From the NCBI GenBank assembly GCA_002269645.1, contig NIVC01000508.1:124001-188000 (forward strand): 64,000 nucleotides of DNA. The letters run 5' to 3'. This document shows, piece by piece, positions 1-10,784 of this stretch; position 1 is the first letter of the stretch, and every line of letters starts with the position of its first letter. Both the position numbers and the translations under genes were made by a program. This DNA is from Macrostomum lignano (taxonomy: Eukaryota). The notes under the pieces are model-generated. The model was not told the origin of the DNA, made no database searches, and saw only the letters and a list, made by a program, of their open reading frames with translations.

Positions 1-266
1 TGACCTCACTCCATACATGACCTCACTCCATACATGACCTCACTCCATACATGACCTCACTCCATACATGACCTCACTCCATACATGACCTCGCTCCATA
101 CATGACCTCACTCCATACATGACCTCACTCCATACATGACCTCACTCCATACATGACCTCACTCCATACATGACCTCACTCCATACATGACCTCACTCCA
201 TACATGACCTCACTCCATACATGACCTCACTCCATACATGACCTCACTCCATACATGACCTCACTC
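1..266. repeat. 17-bp minisatellite (tgacctcactccataca)n, probably intronic upstream of the GATA exon
   Basis: About 15 near-perfect copies running off the window start. It ends 12 bp before an AG at 277-278. Confidence 0.95.
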
Positions 267-278
267 ATGAATCCACAG

Positions 279-2072
279 ATGGATTACCAAGCCAGCTGGT
301 CAATGCTCCAGTCAGTGCCGCGCACGCAGCAGACTCAAAAACAGTCTGAGTCAAAAGTACAATACCTGCAGCAGCAACAGCAGCAACAGCAGCAGCAGCA
401 GCCGCAACAGCAGCAACAGCCACAGCTTCAGCAGCAGTGCACCAACTGCGGCACAACCGAGACAACCCTGTGGAGACGGGACGCAGTCACGGGTTCAACC
501 GTGTGCAACGCGTGCGGACTTTACTACAAGCTGCACTTGGTAAGGACCTCTCTGCACGCTTTAGAACGCTAATCGTTTAATTTTGTACTAATTCTTATGA
601 ACCTCTCTGTCTAGATAAGTGCCATTTCTGTCTAGATAAGTGCCATTTCTGTCTAAATAAGTGCCATTTCTGTTCTAGATAAGTGCCATTTCTGTTCTAG
701 ATAAGTGCCATTTCTGTCCTAGATAAGTGCCATTTCTGTTCTAGATAAGTGCCATTTCTGTTCTAGATAAGTGCCATTTCTGTTCTAGATAAGTGCCATT
801 TCTGTTCTAGATAAGTGCCATTTCTGTCAGATACGAATAAGTGCTATTTCTGTCAGATACGAATAAGTGCCATTTCTGTCTAGATAAGTGCCATTTCTGT
901 TCTAGATAAGTGCCATTTCTGTTCTAGATAAGTGCCATTTCTGTCTAGATAAGTGCCATTTCTGTTCTAGATAAGTGCCATTTCTGTTCTAGATAAGTGC
1001 CATTTCTGTTCTAGATAAGTGCCATTTCTGTTCTAGATAAGTGCCATTTCTGTGTAGATAAGTGCCATTTCTGTTCTAGATAAGTGCCATTTCTGTCAGA
1101 TACGAATAAGTGCCATTTCTGTCTAGATAAGTGCCATTTCTGTCTAGATAAGTGCCATTTCTGTCTAGATAAGTGCCATTTCTGTTCTAGATAAGTGCCA
1201 TTTCTGTTCTAGATAAGTGCCATTTCTGTCTAGATAAGTGCCATTTCTGTTCTAGATAAGTGCCATTTCTGTTCTAGATAAGTGCCATTTCTGTTCTAGA
1301 TAAGTGCCATTTCTGTTCTAGATAAGTGCTATTTCTGTCTAGATAAGTGCCATTTCTGTTCTAGATAAGTGCCATTTCTGTTCTAGATAAGTGCTATTTC
1401 TGTCTAGATAAGTGCCATTTCTGTTCTAGATAAGTGCCATTTCTGTCTAGATAAGTGCCATTTCTGTTCTAGATAAGTGCCATTTCTGTCTAGATAAGTG
1501 CCATTTCTGTTCTAGATAAGTGCCATTTCTGTTCTAGATAAGTGCCATTTCTGTTCTAGATAAGTGCCATTTCTGTTCTAGATAAGTGCCATTTCTGTTC
1601 TAGATAAGTGCCATTTCTGTTCTAGATAAGTGCTATTTCTGTCTAGATAAGTGCCATTTCTGTTCTAGATAAGTGCCATTTCTGTCTAGATAAGTGCCAT
1701 TTCTGTTCTAGATAAGTGCCATTTCTGTCTAGATAAGTGCCATTTCTGTCTAGATAAGTGCCATTTCTGTCTAGATAAGTGCCATTTCTGTTCTAGATAA
1801 GTGCCATTTCTGTTTTAGATAAGTGCAATTTCTGTCTAGATAAGTGCCATTTCTGTTCTAGATAAGTGCCATTTCTGTTTTAGATAAGTGCCATTTCTGT
1901 TCTAGATCAACTCGCAGTATTGGGACTGAGGTCATTAAAAATACTAACTAACCAACCGCCGCAGGTGAACCGGCCTCTCACTCTTCGCAAAGACAGCATC
2001 AGGACGAGACAGAGGAAGCCAAAAAATCGCAGAACGGCACCGGCGGCACCTCAGCCAGTGATGGGCTTCTGA
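279..2072 (+). CDS. GATA: GATA-type zinc-finger transcription factor, 3' part; exons 279-539 and 1965-2072 (122 aa visible; upstream exons possible)
   Basis: The first exon encodes polyQ then [33 protein letters not shown]. Donor is TTG|GTAAGG at 540 and acceptor is CGCAG| at 1964. The second exon encodes [20 protein letters not shown], the typical basic tail of a GATA C-finger, and the intron sits at the usual position after YKLH. Stop TGA at 2070-2072. Confidence 0.92.
606..1907. repeat. 22/23-bp minisatellite (tctagataagtgccatttctgt[t])n filling the GATA intron
   Basis: About 55-57 copies, nearly all containing AGATAAG. Confidence 0.97.
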
Positions 2073-2225
2073 AATGAATCTGATTTATTAGCAATGAATA
2101 CTCCACGATAAATTTATTGAATTTATGACCCTGTTCACCGATTGATACATTTTAAATGTGCTCTACATGTACTGCATGTACAACAACAATGGAAGGGCGC
2201 TACATTCGGTTTTCTTAGAAATAGG

Positions 2226-2390
2226 ATTTTCGTTTATGGCAAACCCCCCCCCCAGTCAGCTGGGTGAGCTGAAGCAATGCAGAGGAGTAAATTGTCTTGC
2301 TCAAGGACACAAATTGTTCTTAGTGGGTCCAGAATCGAACCTCCGACCTTTGAGTCGTGAGTCAGACGCTCTGACCGCTAGGCTACAACC
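2226..2390 (-). mobile_element. tRNA-derived SINE (Pol III head plus conserved central domain)
   Basis: The minus strand reads TAGCCTAGCGG (A box), then GGTTCGATTCT (B box), then GTGTCCTTGAGCAAGACA...CATTGCTTCAGCTCACCCAGCTG, which resembles CORE/Meta-type SINE central domains. A second copy lies at 25560-25652. Confidence 0.75.
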
Positions 2391-2946
2391 TTATACAGAA
2401 ATGTAGAATTACAATTTTTTATGTGCCATAAATTTTTAGCGATTTTGTAGCAAGAACTGGCCTTTGGTGTCAATATTTAACAATTAACTGATTCTGCTCA
2501 CTGTTACATACCGGTACTGTCCATACAGAAAAGCAAAACTTCTCTCATTATTGTCAATGATTTCTTTAATAAATCATTACTTTTTATTCTGCATTCACTT
2601 TGCTTGGTATTGCCATTTTCTGTTACTAACAGTAGTAATAAATGTTCTAAATTCTTCCAATATGGTTTAACTCATTTCCAGTTAGTCCCTAATCTTACTC
2701 ACCAATATGACTTTTATCACTATTGTGTACACAACCTGCTGCAATCTCTGTGAATTGAAAGCCAAAACTGTAAAAAATCTCTATCTAATCTATTTTCATT
2801 ATTGTTAGCAGTATCCATTGCATCATGCCCGTGTGCATACAACTTCCATGCCAAATAGTTTCATTATTACATACTGCCAAAAATATATTTAAAAAACAAG
2901 GTATGCAATGAAGACATTTTTTTCGATTAGTAATTAAATGCTTGAA

Positions 2947-3600
2947 TAGTGTCACTGGATGCTGTCACTCTACATGTACAGTGTCACTGGATGCTGTCAC
3001 TCTACATGTACAGTGTCACTGGATGCTGTCACTCTACATGTACAGTGTCACTGGATGCTGTCACTACATGTACAGTGTCACTGGATGCTGTCACTCTACA
3101 TGTACAGTGTCACTGGATGCTGTCACTACATGTACAGTGTCACTGGATGCTGTCACTCTACATGTACAGTGTCACTGGATGCTGTCACTACATGTACAGT
3201 GTCACTGGATGCTGTCACTACATGTACAGTGTCACTGGATGCTGTCACTCTACATGTAAATTGTCACTGGATGCTGTCACTCTGTAGTGTCACTGGATGC
3301 TGTCACTCTACATGTACAGTGTCACTGGATGCTGTCACTACATGTACAGTGTCACTGGATGCTGTCACTACATGTACAGTGTCACTGGATGCTGTCACTC
3401 TACATGTAAATTGTCACTGGATGCTGTCACTCTGTAGTGTCACTGGATGCTGTCACTCTGCAGTGTCACTGGATGCTGTCACTCTACATGTAAAGTGTCA
3501 CTGGATGCTGTCACTCTACATGTAAAGTGTCACTGGATGCTGTCACTCTTCAGGTAGATATCACTGGATGCTGTCACTCTTGATGTAGATATCACTGGAT
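2947..3600. repeat. 30/32-bp minisatellite (gtgtcactggatgctgtcactctacatgtaca)n
   Basis: About 20 copies, lying between the convergent 3' ends of GATA and SLC6-like A. Confidence 0.95.
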
Positions 3601-3732
3601 GCCATAAAGTCGTCTAAGACAAAAATATACAAGCTGTTAGCGATCAGAATCAGCAATGCAATATTTTGATTTCAACACGCACGCGAACAACAGGAGTCCC
3701 AGCATTAACAGGTCAGATACGAATTGCGACTC

Positions 3733-4058
3733 TCAGTTGTCAATGAATACAATAGCACATACAATAGCCACAATTGGTAAAACATTGAAAGCCGAGAAAT
3801 ATATGAAGAAGTTGAGGCTGAAAATGTTTTCCCTGTAACCGGCAATGAACAGGAAGCAGACAGCAGGATAGCCGAAATGGTAGAGAAACAGCAGGCATGG
3901 CGCCACGTACCAGTTGAACAGGAACAGCTGTACTTTGTTATCGCCGCTCAACAACTGCCTGCGTTTGTTGATGAACTCGGTGAAGCCCTGCAACGTGCAT
4001 AACCGACTTTTAATTACTGACGGCTGGCTACTAGTGCCGCTGTTTTGTTGTCGTTTTC

Positions 4059-4139
<81 letters not shown>

Positions 4140-4191
4140 CTAGTAGTACTAGTAGTACTAGTAGTAGCAGTAGTAGTAGTAGTAGTAGTAA

Positions 4192-4232
<41 letters not shown>

Positions 4233-6328
4233 CGCTCGTAGTAATAGTAGTGCTAGTAGTAATAGTGGTAGTAGCAGTAGTAACTTTAGTTTGCTTGCCG
4301 CTTGTTTAAGTCTTTTGTGAAATTCGCAACACAGGGTCGTTCTTTCTGGATATTGTTGGTCAGTTGTGGTAGAAATTTGATGCCTAAGACGCACAAAAAG
4401 GCTTGCCCAGCAACAGCACCTACCTGATCCAGGTGAATGGCGATACAGTTGAATATCTTTAAAACCAAGAACACCATTGGCACGCTATGCGACATGTACA
4501 GCCCTCCGAAGCGGCCGTAGCCATTGATACTGAGCAATTGCAGGCAGGTGAGGCACGCAAACCTGAGCAGACCCAGCAGCCAGATCTGATTCGAGCGCCA
4601 CTTGAACAGACGTTCCGCCTGCAGGTCGGCCAGGAGAAACGGTATGAAGCCCAGCAGGATGCTGAAGCACATGATTAGCCCCTGGATGAGGTAAAAGTCA
4701 AAGTTTGCATGGGTTGTCATGGTTTCAAATCTGTGTGGGGATGTTCTTGTCAGATTTGGATTCGTGGAAAACTGAAATACGAGCGTAAAACTCGTTTCTA
4801 AGAAATCCGATTGGATCTCCGAGTCTTAACGGCTAAATGATGTCTCCAAGAGGCTATGAACGGAAATAATTGGGTCACCAAGGTTTCAGAACCTTTTTGG
4901 AATCCAAAAAATGTTTTGTTCAACATGTAGGATCTTCGGTTATCATGGATTCCCTCCAATGACTCTTAACTACTAAACGAATCAATGCACATCGGCATTT
5001 TAAATTGATTCAACCAATATCTGAACCCCCGGAGATACTAACGGTATAGTGTGACCTCCGCGTTAGTCAGTGTGGGTCAGGGTCTCTGGCAGCTCTGGCT
5101 TTTATATCATTGAAAAGACTGGCAACCTCTTTCACAAAACTTTCGATTTGAAAGTTACCTGAAACGGCAGATAGACTGTCCATGGAACCGAGCCGTCCGT
5201 CTCGCGAAACATCAGCATGGACTCGCTGATATCCAGGAAGCTCCTCAGTTGCATCTCTTTGAAGCCGAATTCGTCGCTTTCCAACAGCTTCCTGGTGATG
5301 TCTGGCATTGAAGAGAACTGCCTGGTGGTGATGTTGCCGCCGCAGAGATGCTCCACAGCTGCTTGACGCAAGCCAACGAGCCCGCTGAATGCGAAGGACA
5401 CGGCCGTGTCAGCCAGACAGGCCAGTATCGACACGGACACGAAGTTCTCCTTGGCATGCTTGCCAGCCCGGGATCCGATGACGCTAATAGCGAAGGTCAT
5501 CAACCCCAGACTGTGGATGCAGTAAAGCAAAGTTTTGTTTTTCGCTTTGTCAATGTTTGGTAGCGCTTCCCGATGGCTCGATTCGTTTACTGCGTGACCC
5601 TTCGGCCTGCCAACAAAGTGCAGCAGCAGAGTGAAGATGCTGAGCACTACCAGGGCGATGTAGAAGCGACCGATGGCTGCGTAGTTTAACATGGACCGGC
5701 CGAAGAGCAGAGCGTAGACCAAAATTAAGACGGACATCATGCACATTGTGTAGAAGAATATGCTGCCAGGGTCGCTGAACAGGGCGTGAACCATGCAGGC
5801 CACCTCGCCTCTGTCCCGCACCAGGCAGGACGGCTGCAGCAGGCGGAGCTCCTGCTGCTCGGCATTCTCGAGAATATTGTCCACAATGTCAATAACCGTA
5901 GGAGCAGGAGCGGCGCTCTGGGATCCCACCAGTCGACATTTTGGTGAGTACAGGGGCATTGTCTGGGTCACTCTTCGTCCACTGATTATGATGAAGAACT
6001 GCACGAGGGCCATTGAGATCTTATTGTCCGCCTCGCCGACCGCCAGCTGGGTGATCTGCATCAGCGAGATGGCCTCGTAGCAGAGGAGCCACTTCCTGAA
6101 CTTCGGGCTCCGGTTCCTGGAATCGTCGACCATGAGGTAGGAGCTCTCCTCGGCGAATGCCGGGATGCCGAACAGCAGCACAATAATGGAGTAGAGACCC
6201 AGGAAGGAGGCGCCGCCGTACTCGTAGGCGCTCGCGGGCACAAGGAACATGTCGAAGAAGCCCACACAAAAGTACATTTTCATGGCGAAAAAGTCTAAGG
6301 AGGTTTTCAGCTGACTTCTTTGCGACAT
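3733..6328 (-). CDS. Divergent SLC6/NSS (sodium:neurotransmitter symporter)-like transporter A; exons 6328-5159, 4681-4424, 3987-3733 (about 560 aa)
   Basis: YEYGGASFLGLYSIIVLLFGIPAFAEE resembles SLC6 TM2 (YKNGGGAFLIPY..GIPLFFLE). The spliced junction IAIHLDQ|GFTEFI..NWYVAP resembles TM10-11 (IAVGWIYG..RF..CWKFVTP). All splice sites are GT-AG, phase 0, and at the same positions as in paralog B; exon 2 is 258 nt in both. Confidence 0.75.
4059..4285. repeat. (TAG)n microsatellite in intron 2 of SLC6-like A
   Basis: Direct read of the sequence. Confidence 0.95.
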
Positions 6329-6789
6329 TGTTTCTATTCGCGCTTAAGGATGAAGGATTTAGACAATGGTACTTCCTAAAAGTTATCGAAGGATTAGTGC
6401 TCGTAGTATCCGCTTAGCATCGTCAAGGAAACTTCTGCTTTACCATAGACAAAACTCTTAAACTTCCTGTAGGTTAGCAGCACTATACCATTTTACCAGT
6501 GTCCTATTTCTTGGTAAGAAAAGTGCATTTAATTTAGTACACGAATGCACTAAACTGACCCATCCGAATGCCATAGACAATGCAGTGAATTTGCAAATTG
6601 CAGCAAATTCCAACTTTATTAAAAAGCAAGATGGACATAATCCTGCCCGTTCCCCGTGTGCGTCAATAAGGCGGGCTCTGTCTCCACCAGACACTCGTCC
6701 GTTTGGCCCTCAGGGTTCGACCTCAGCATCTGGCGTCACCGATTTCTTCTTCAATATCTCCCTGCTTCTTCGAACATCTCCTCGTCCCT

Positions 6790-6857
6790 TCGTTCTTCTT
6801 CGTCTTCTTCTTCTTCTTCTTCTTCTTCTTCGTCTTCTTCTTCTTCTTCTTCTTCGT
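6790..6857. repeat. (CTT)n microsatellite in the divergent intergenic region
   Basis: Direct read of the sequence. Confidence 0.9.
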
Positions 6858-7384
6858 CCATACACTAGAAAACAGCGTACCAAAAAGTTGTGCTGAATTT
6901 TAATATTATAGGATAGCCGTTAAAGTAGTATATAGCGCTTGAGATTTGTTTTTGCGGGCGTCAATGTAGTATAAAACCACTTCATTAATCATTAAAATGG
7001 TTTCCGGTATGCCGACAGACGTTATCAGAGTCGAACAGCCGATATTTGAAGGAGATCGAGCTAATCTCTCGAGAGGAGATTACCCGACATTTTGAACAGC
7101 TAAATCAGCTTGAACGTGCGTGAGGACCCTTTTTTCTTCTATTGACTTACTTGTATTTTTCAAGCAACACTGTATTCGTCAGTTTTTCAATTTCTACTTT
7201 GCTTTGGTTGTGCCGATCGAGTCTGTTGAACTAAGAAAATTTCCATAGACAATTTGAGACAACAAGAGACACACTGACGACCTCGAAAATGCTATAGGGC
7301 TGATGCCCTTGAAAATAAGGACAACAGAGCACAGCTTCTATAGTGTAAATATTACACTTTTTTCATTCGGACACCAGTAAAAAC

Positions 7385-10300
7385 ATGGTAAAGCTTTTCG
7401 ATAAAGGCTTCGACTTCTTTGCATTCAACGTGTATTATTGTGTCGGCTTCTTCGACATGTTCCTTGTGCCCGCGAGCGCCTACGAGTACGGCGGCGCCTC
7501 CTTCCTGGGTCTCTACTCCATTATTGTGCTGCTGTTCGGCATCCCAGCATTCGCCGAGGAGAGCTCCTACCTCATGGTCGACGATTCCAGGAACCGGAGC
7601 CCGAAGTTCAGGAAGTGGCTCCTCTGCTACGAGGCCATCTCGCTGATGCAGATCACCCAGCTGGCGGTCGGCGAGGCGCACAATAAGATCGTGGTCACCA
7701 TGACGCAATTCTTCACTCTAGTCGCTCCGCGCAGCGCTGAGCTGCTGCCTCTCTACTCCGACAACTGCCGCATCTACACCAAGCAGATTCAGCAAGACAA
7801 CGGCTCGGCATCAATTAGCGCCATCAACATGGGAGAGGCCAGCAAGGATTCTGAGCAGCAGGAGCTCCGCCTGCTGCAGCCGTCCTGCCTGGTGCGGGAC
7901 AGAAGCGAGGTGGCCTGCACGATCCACGCCCTGTTCAGCGACCCTGGCAGCATATTCTTCTACACAATGTGCATGATGTCCGTTTTAATGTTGGTCTACG
8001 CTCTGCTCTTCGGCCGGTCCATGCCGACCTACGGAGCCATCGGGCGCGTCTACATCGCCCTGGTAGTGCTGTGCGTTTTCACTCTGCTGCTGCACTTTGT
8101 TGGCAGGCCGTTGAGCGGCGCAAACGAGAAGAAAGAGAATCCCCATCTGATACAGTCGTTCGACAAATCTCTGACTAACGCTCTGCTATTCTCCTCCATA
8201 GCCTGGGCGTGATGGGATTCAGCATCAGCATCATCGGATCCCGGGCTGGCCCGCCAGTTCGCAGGAACTTCGTGTCCCTGTCGGTTCTGGTGTGCCTGGT
8301 GGACACCGCCATGGCCTGCACATTTTCCGGACTCAACTATCTGCGCCAGGCCGCTGTGGAGCACCTCTGCAGCAGCGATAGCGGCGCCAGAATTGACACC
8401 AGCCAGTTCATGTCCATGCCGGACATGACGCCGGCCCTATTCAACAGCAGCCGTTTTGTATTCAAAGAGGCGTCTCTCAGGGGAGCTCTGCTGGTTGGCG
8501 AGTCGGTGCTGATGTTTCGCGAGACCACCGGCTCCGTGCCCTGGATTGTGTACCTGCCGTTCCAGGTGAGCTTGAACAAGATGACACAGCTCAGAGTCAA
8601 ATGACACAGCTCAGAGTCAAATGGCATAGCTCAGAGTCAAATGGCATAGCTCAGAGTCAAATGGCATAGCTCAGAGTCAAATGACATAGCTCAGAGTCAA
8701 ATGGCATAGCTCAGAGTCAAATGGCATAGCTCAGAGTCAAATGGCATAGCTCAGAGTCAAATGGCACAGGTCAGGGTCAAATGGCATAGCTCAGAGTCAA
8801 ATGGCATAGCTCAGAGTCAAATGGCATAGTTCAGAGTAAATGGCATAGCTCAGAGTCAAATGGCATAGCTCAGAGTCAAATGGCACAGGTCAGGGTCAAA
8901 TGGCATAGCTCAGAGTCAAATGGCATAGCTCAGAGTCAAATGGCATAGCTCAGAGTCAAATCGCATAGCCCAGAGTCAAATGACATAGTTCAGAGTCAAA
9001 TGGCACAGCTCAGAGTCAAATGGCATAGCTCAGAGTCAAATGGCATAGTTCAGAGTCAAATCGCATAGCCCAGAGTCAAATGACATAGTTCAGAGTCAAA
9101 TGGCACAGCTCAGAGTCAAATGGCACAGCTCAGAGTCAAATGGCATAGCTCAGAGTCAAATGGCATAGCTCAGAGTCAAGATTTGTAGAACTCAAAGTCA
9201 TTCAAGATATACTAGATCAATTACCATATCAATGCAGACTTCACACCGTGATTTATTAACAAATATTTATCGGACATTTTCAGATACTGTTCTTGCTCGT
9301 CAGCTTGATGCTCTCATGCGCTTACTTGCTGACTAGCGATTTCCAGGCATTGCGAATATCAAATACTCGCCCCAATCTAGTGCTAGTGCTGGTGCTGGTG
9401 CGGTTTGCTGCAGTGATCAGTCTGCACCTGCTCAGCTTGAACAGTCTGATGCAACATCTGGAGGCCTACAGTTGGACCTGTGTGCAGTTGTTCTTTCCAG
9501 TAGTGAAGATTTTCGACTGCATCAGTATTCATTTGAGCACTGTGAGTACACTGTGTATAGTTGTGAATTACTATGCTCTCGGTGAAATATATGCCTACAA
9601 TAAAGCTGCTTTGCAGAGGGTTACCAATTCCCCCCGTAAGCCGACATCTCAGCAATTCCCCTCCGTAAGCCAGGAAAACAAAATATGATTGCAGGGACAT
9701 CAGGACGTAGATTACTCCGGTTGCTAGGGACGATAATAAGGATATGGTTGCTAGGGACCCTCGAAAGTACACGCTAGAAAGGACACGGTTGCTACGGCCC
9801 CTAGAACGTACATGGTCTATAGGGACCCTCGAAAGTACATGGTTGCTATGGACCCTCGAAAGTACATGGTTGCTATGGACCCTCGAAAGTACATGGTTGC
9901 TATGGACCCTCGAAAGCACATGGTTGCTATGGACCCTCGAAATCACATGGTTGCTATGGACCCTCGAAAGTACATGGTTGCTATGGACCCTCGAAAGTAC
10001 ATGGTTGCTAGGGACGTTAGAAAGGACGCGGTTGCTAGGGACCCTAAAAAGCACATGGTTGCTAGGGTCCCTAGAAATTAGATGGTTGCTAGGACCCCTA
10101 GACAGTACATGGTTGCTAGGCCTACTAGTGAGGTGTCAAGCCCATAAACGTGAACCTGAAACTATCGTGCATCTCACCGTGGCTAATCCAGGGATTCCAA
10201 GGGTACATTGAAGATCGGCGACGCCTCCTGCCCAGCGAGAACACGGTGCAGCTGTTCATCTTCAACTGGTACATCGCGCCAGTATCTGTATACCTATACC

Positions 10301-10443
10301 ACTTTGGCTATCCGCTAATGCTAGTAATCTTGGTTATATTTTATCAGAACACAATCATATCGATTGATTTCTGCGTGTTCTTCGTCTGTTTCAACGTACT
10401 GCCGGGACTGTTGATAGCGTTTTGTATATTTTATTATGGCTGA
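7385..10443 (+). CDS. Divergent SLC6/NSS-like transporter B; exons 7385-8565 (1-nt frameshift near 8192-8196), 9284-9541, 10192-10443; either a pseudogene or an assembly error
   Basis: Inverted paralog of gene A. Donors are CAG|GTGAGC at 8566 and ACT|GTGAGT at 9542; acceptors are at 9283 and 10191. Exon 1 is 1181 nt, and adding one base restores LLFS-x-HSLGVMGF, matching LLYCIHSLGLMTF in A. Confidence 0.75.
8581..9180. repeat. 20-bp minisatellite (atggcatagctcagagtcaa)n in intron 1 of SLC6-like B
   Basis: About 30 copies starting about 15 bp after the donor. Confidence 0.95.
9744..10125. repeat. 27-bp minisatellite (atggttgctatggaccctcgaaagtac)n in intron 2 of SLC6-like B
   Basis: About 14 copies, degenerate at the ends. 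Confidence 0.92.
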
Positions 10444-10784
10444 TTAATAACCCGCTGTTTGATAACTTGCAAACTCAGCTTATTATATTGAATGATTAAT
10501 TAAATCATATTGAAAGAATTTGGTTGCAAAGTTTAATGAGCACTAATTGCTTAAGATAATAATTATAATAAGATAGAGTGACGTGGACTAACAATTATAT
10601 TTGAATGGCTGCAATTAAGTTATGTTAATATTGAAAGGATTCTTATAGTTACCCCATCTTTTTACAATGCTAAAAGACAAACCAAGAGCGTTATTATAAG
10701 AGTACACAGTGCACCAGGGGTCGGCCACTCTCGGGTCCTTTGAAACTTCACAATAGCAGTCCTTGATGTGGGCCAAGGTTTGTC

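Noticed and set aside
2300-2390. Functional tRNA gene
   Set aside because: A and B boxes are present, but they are followed by a SINE central domain and I could not form a complete cloverleaf, so it is treated as a SINE head.
6585-6903. Small ORFs between the SLC6-like genes
   Set aside because: They are driven by the (CTT)n tract and encode no recognisable product.
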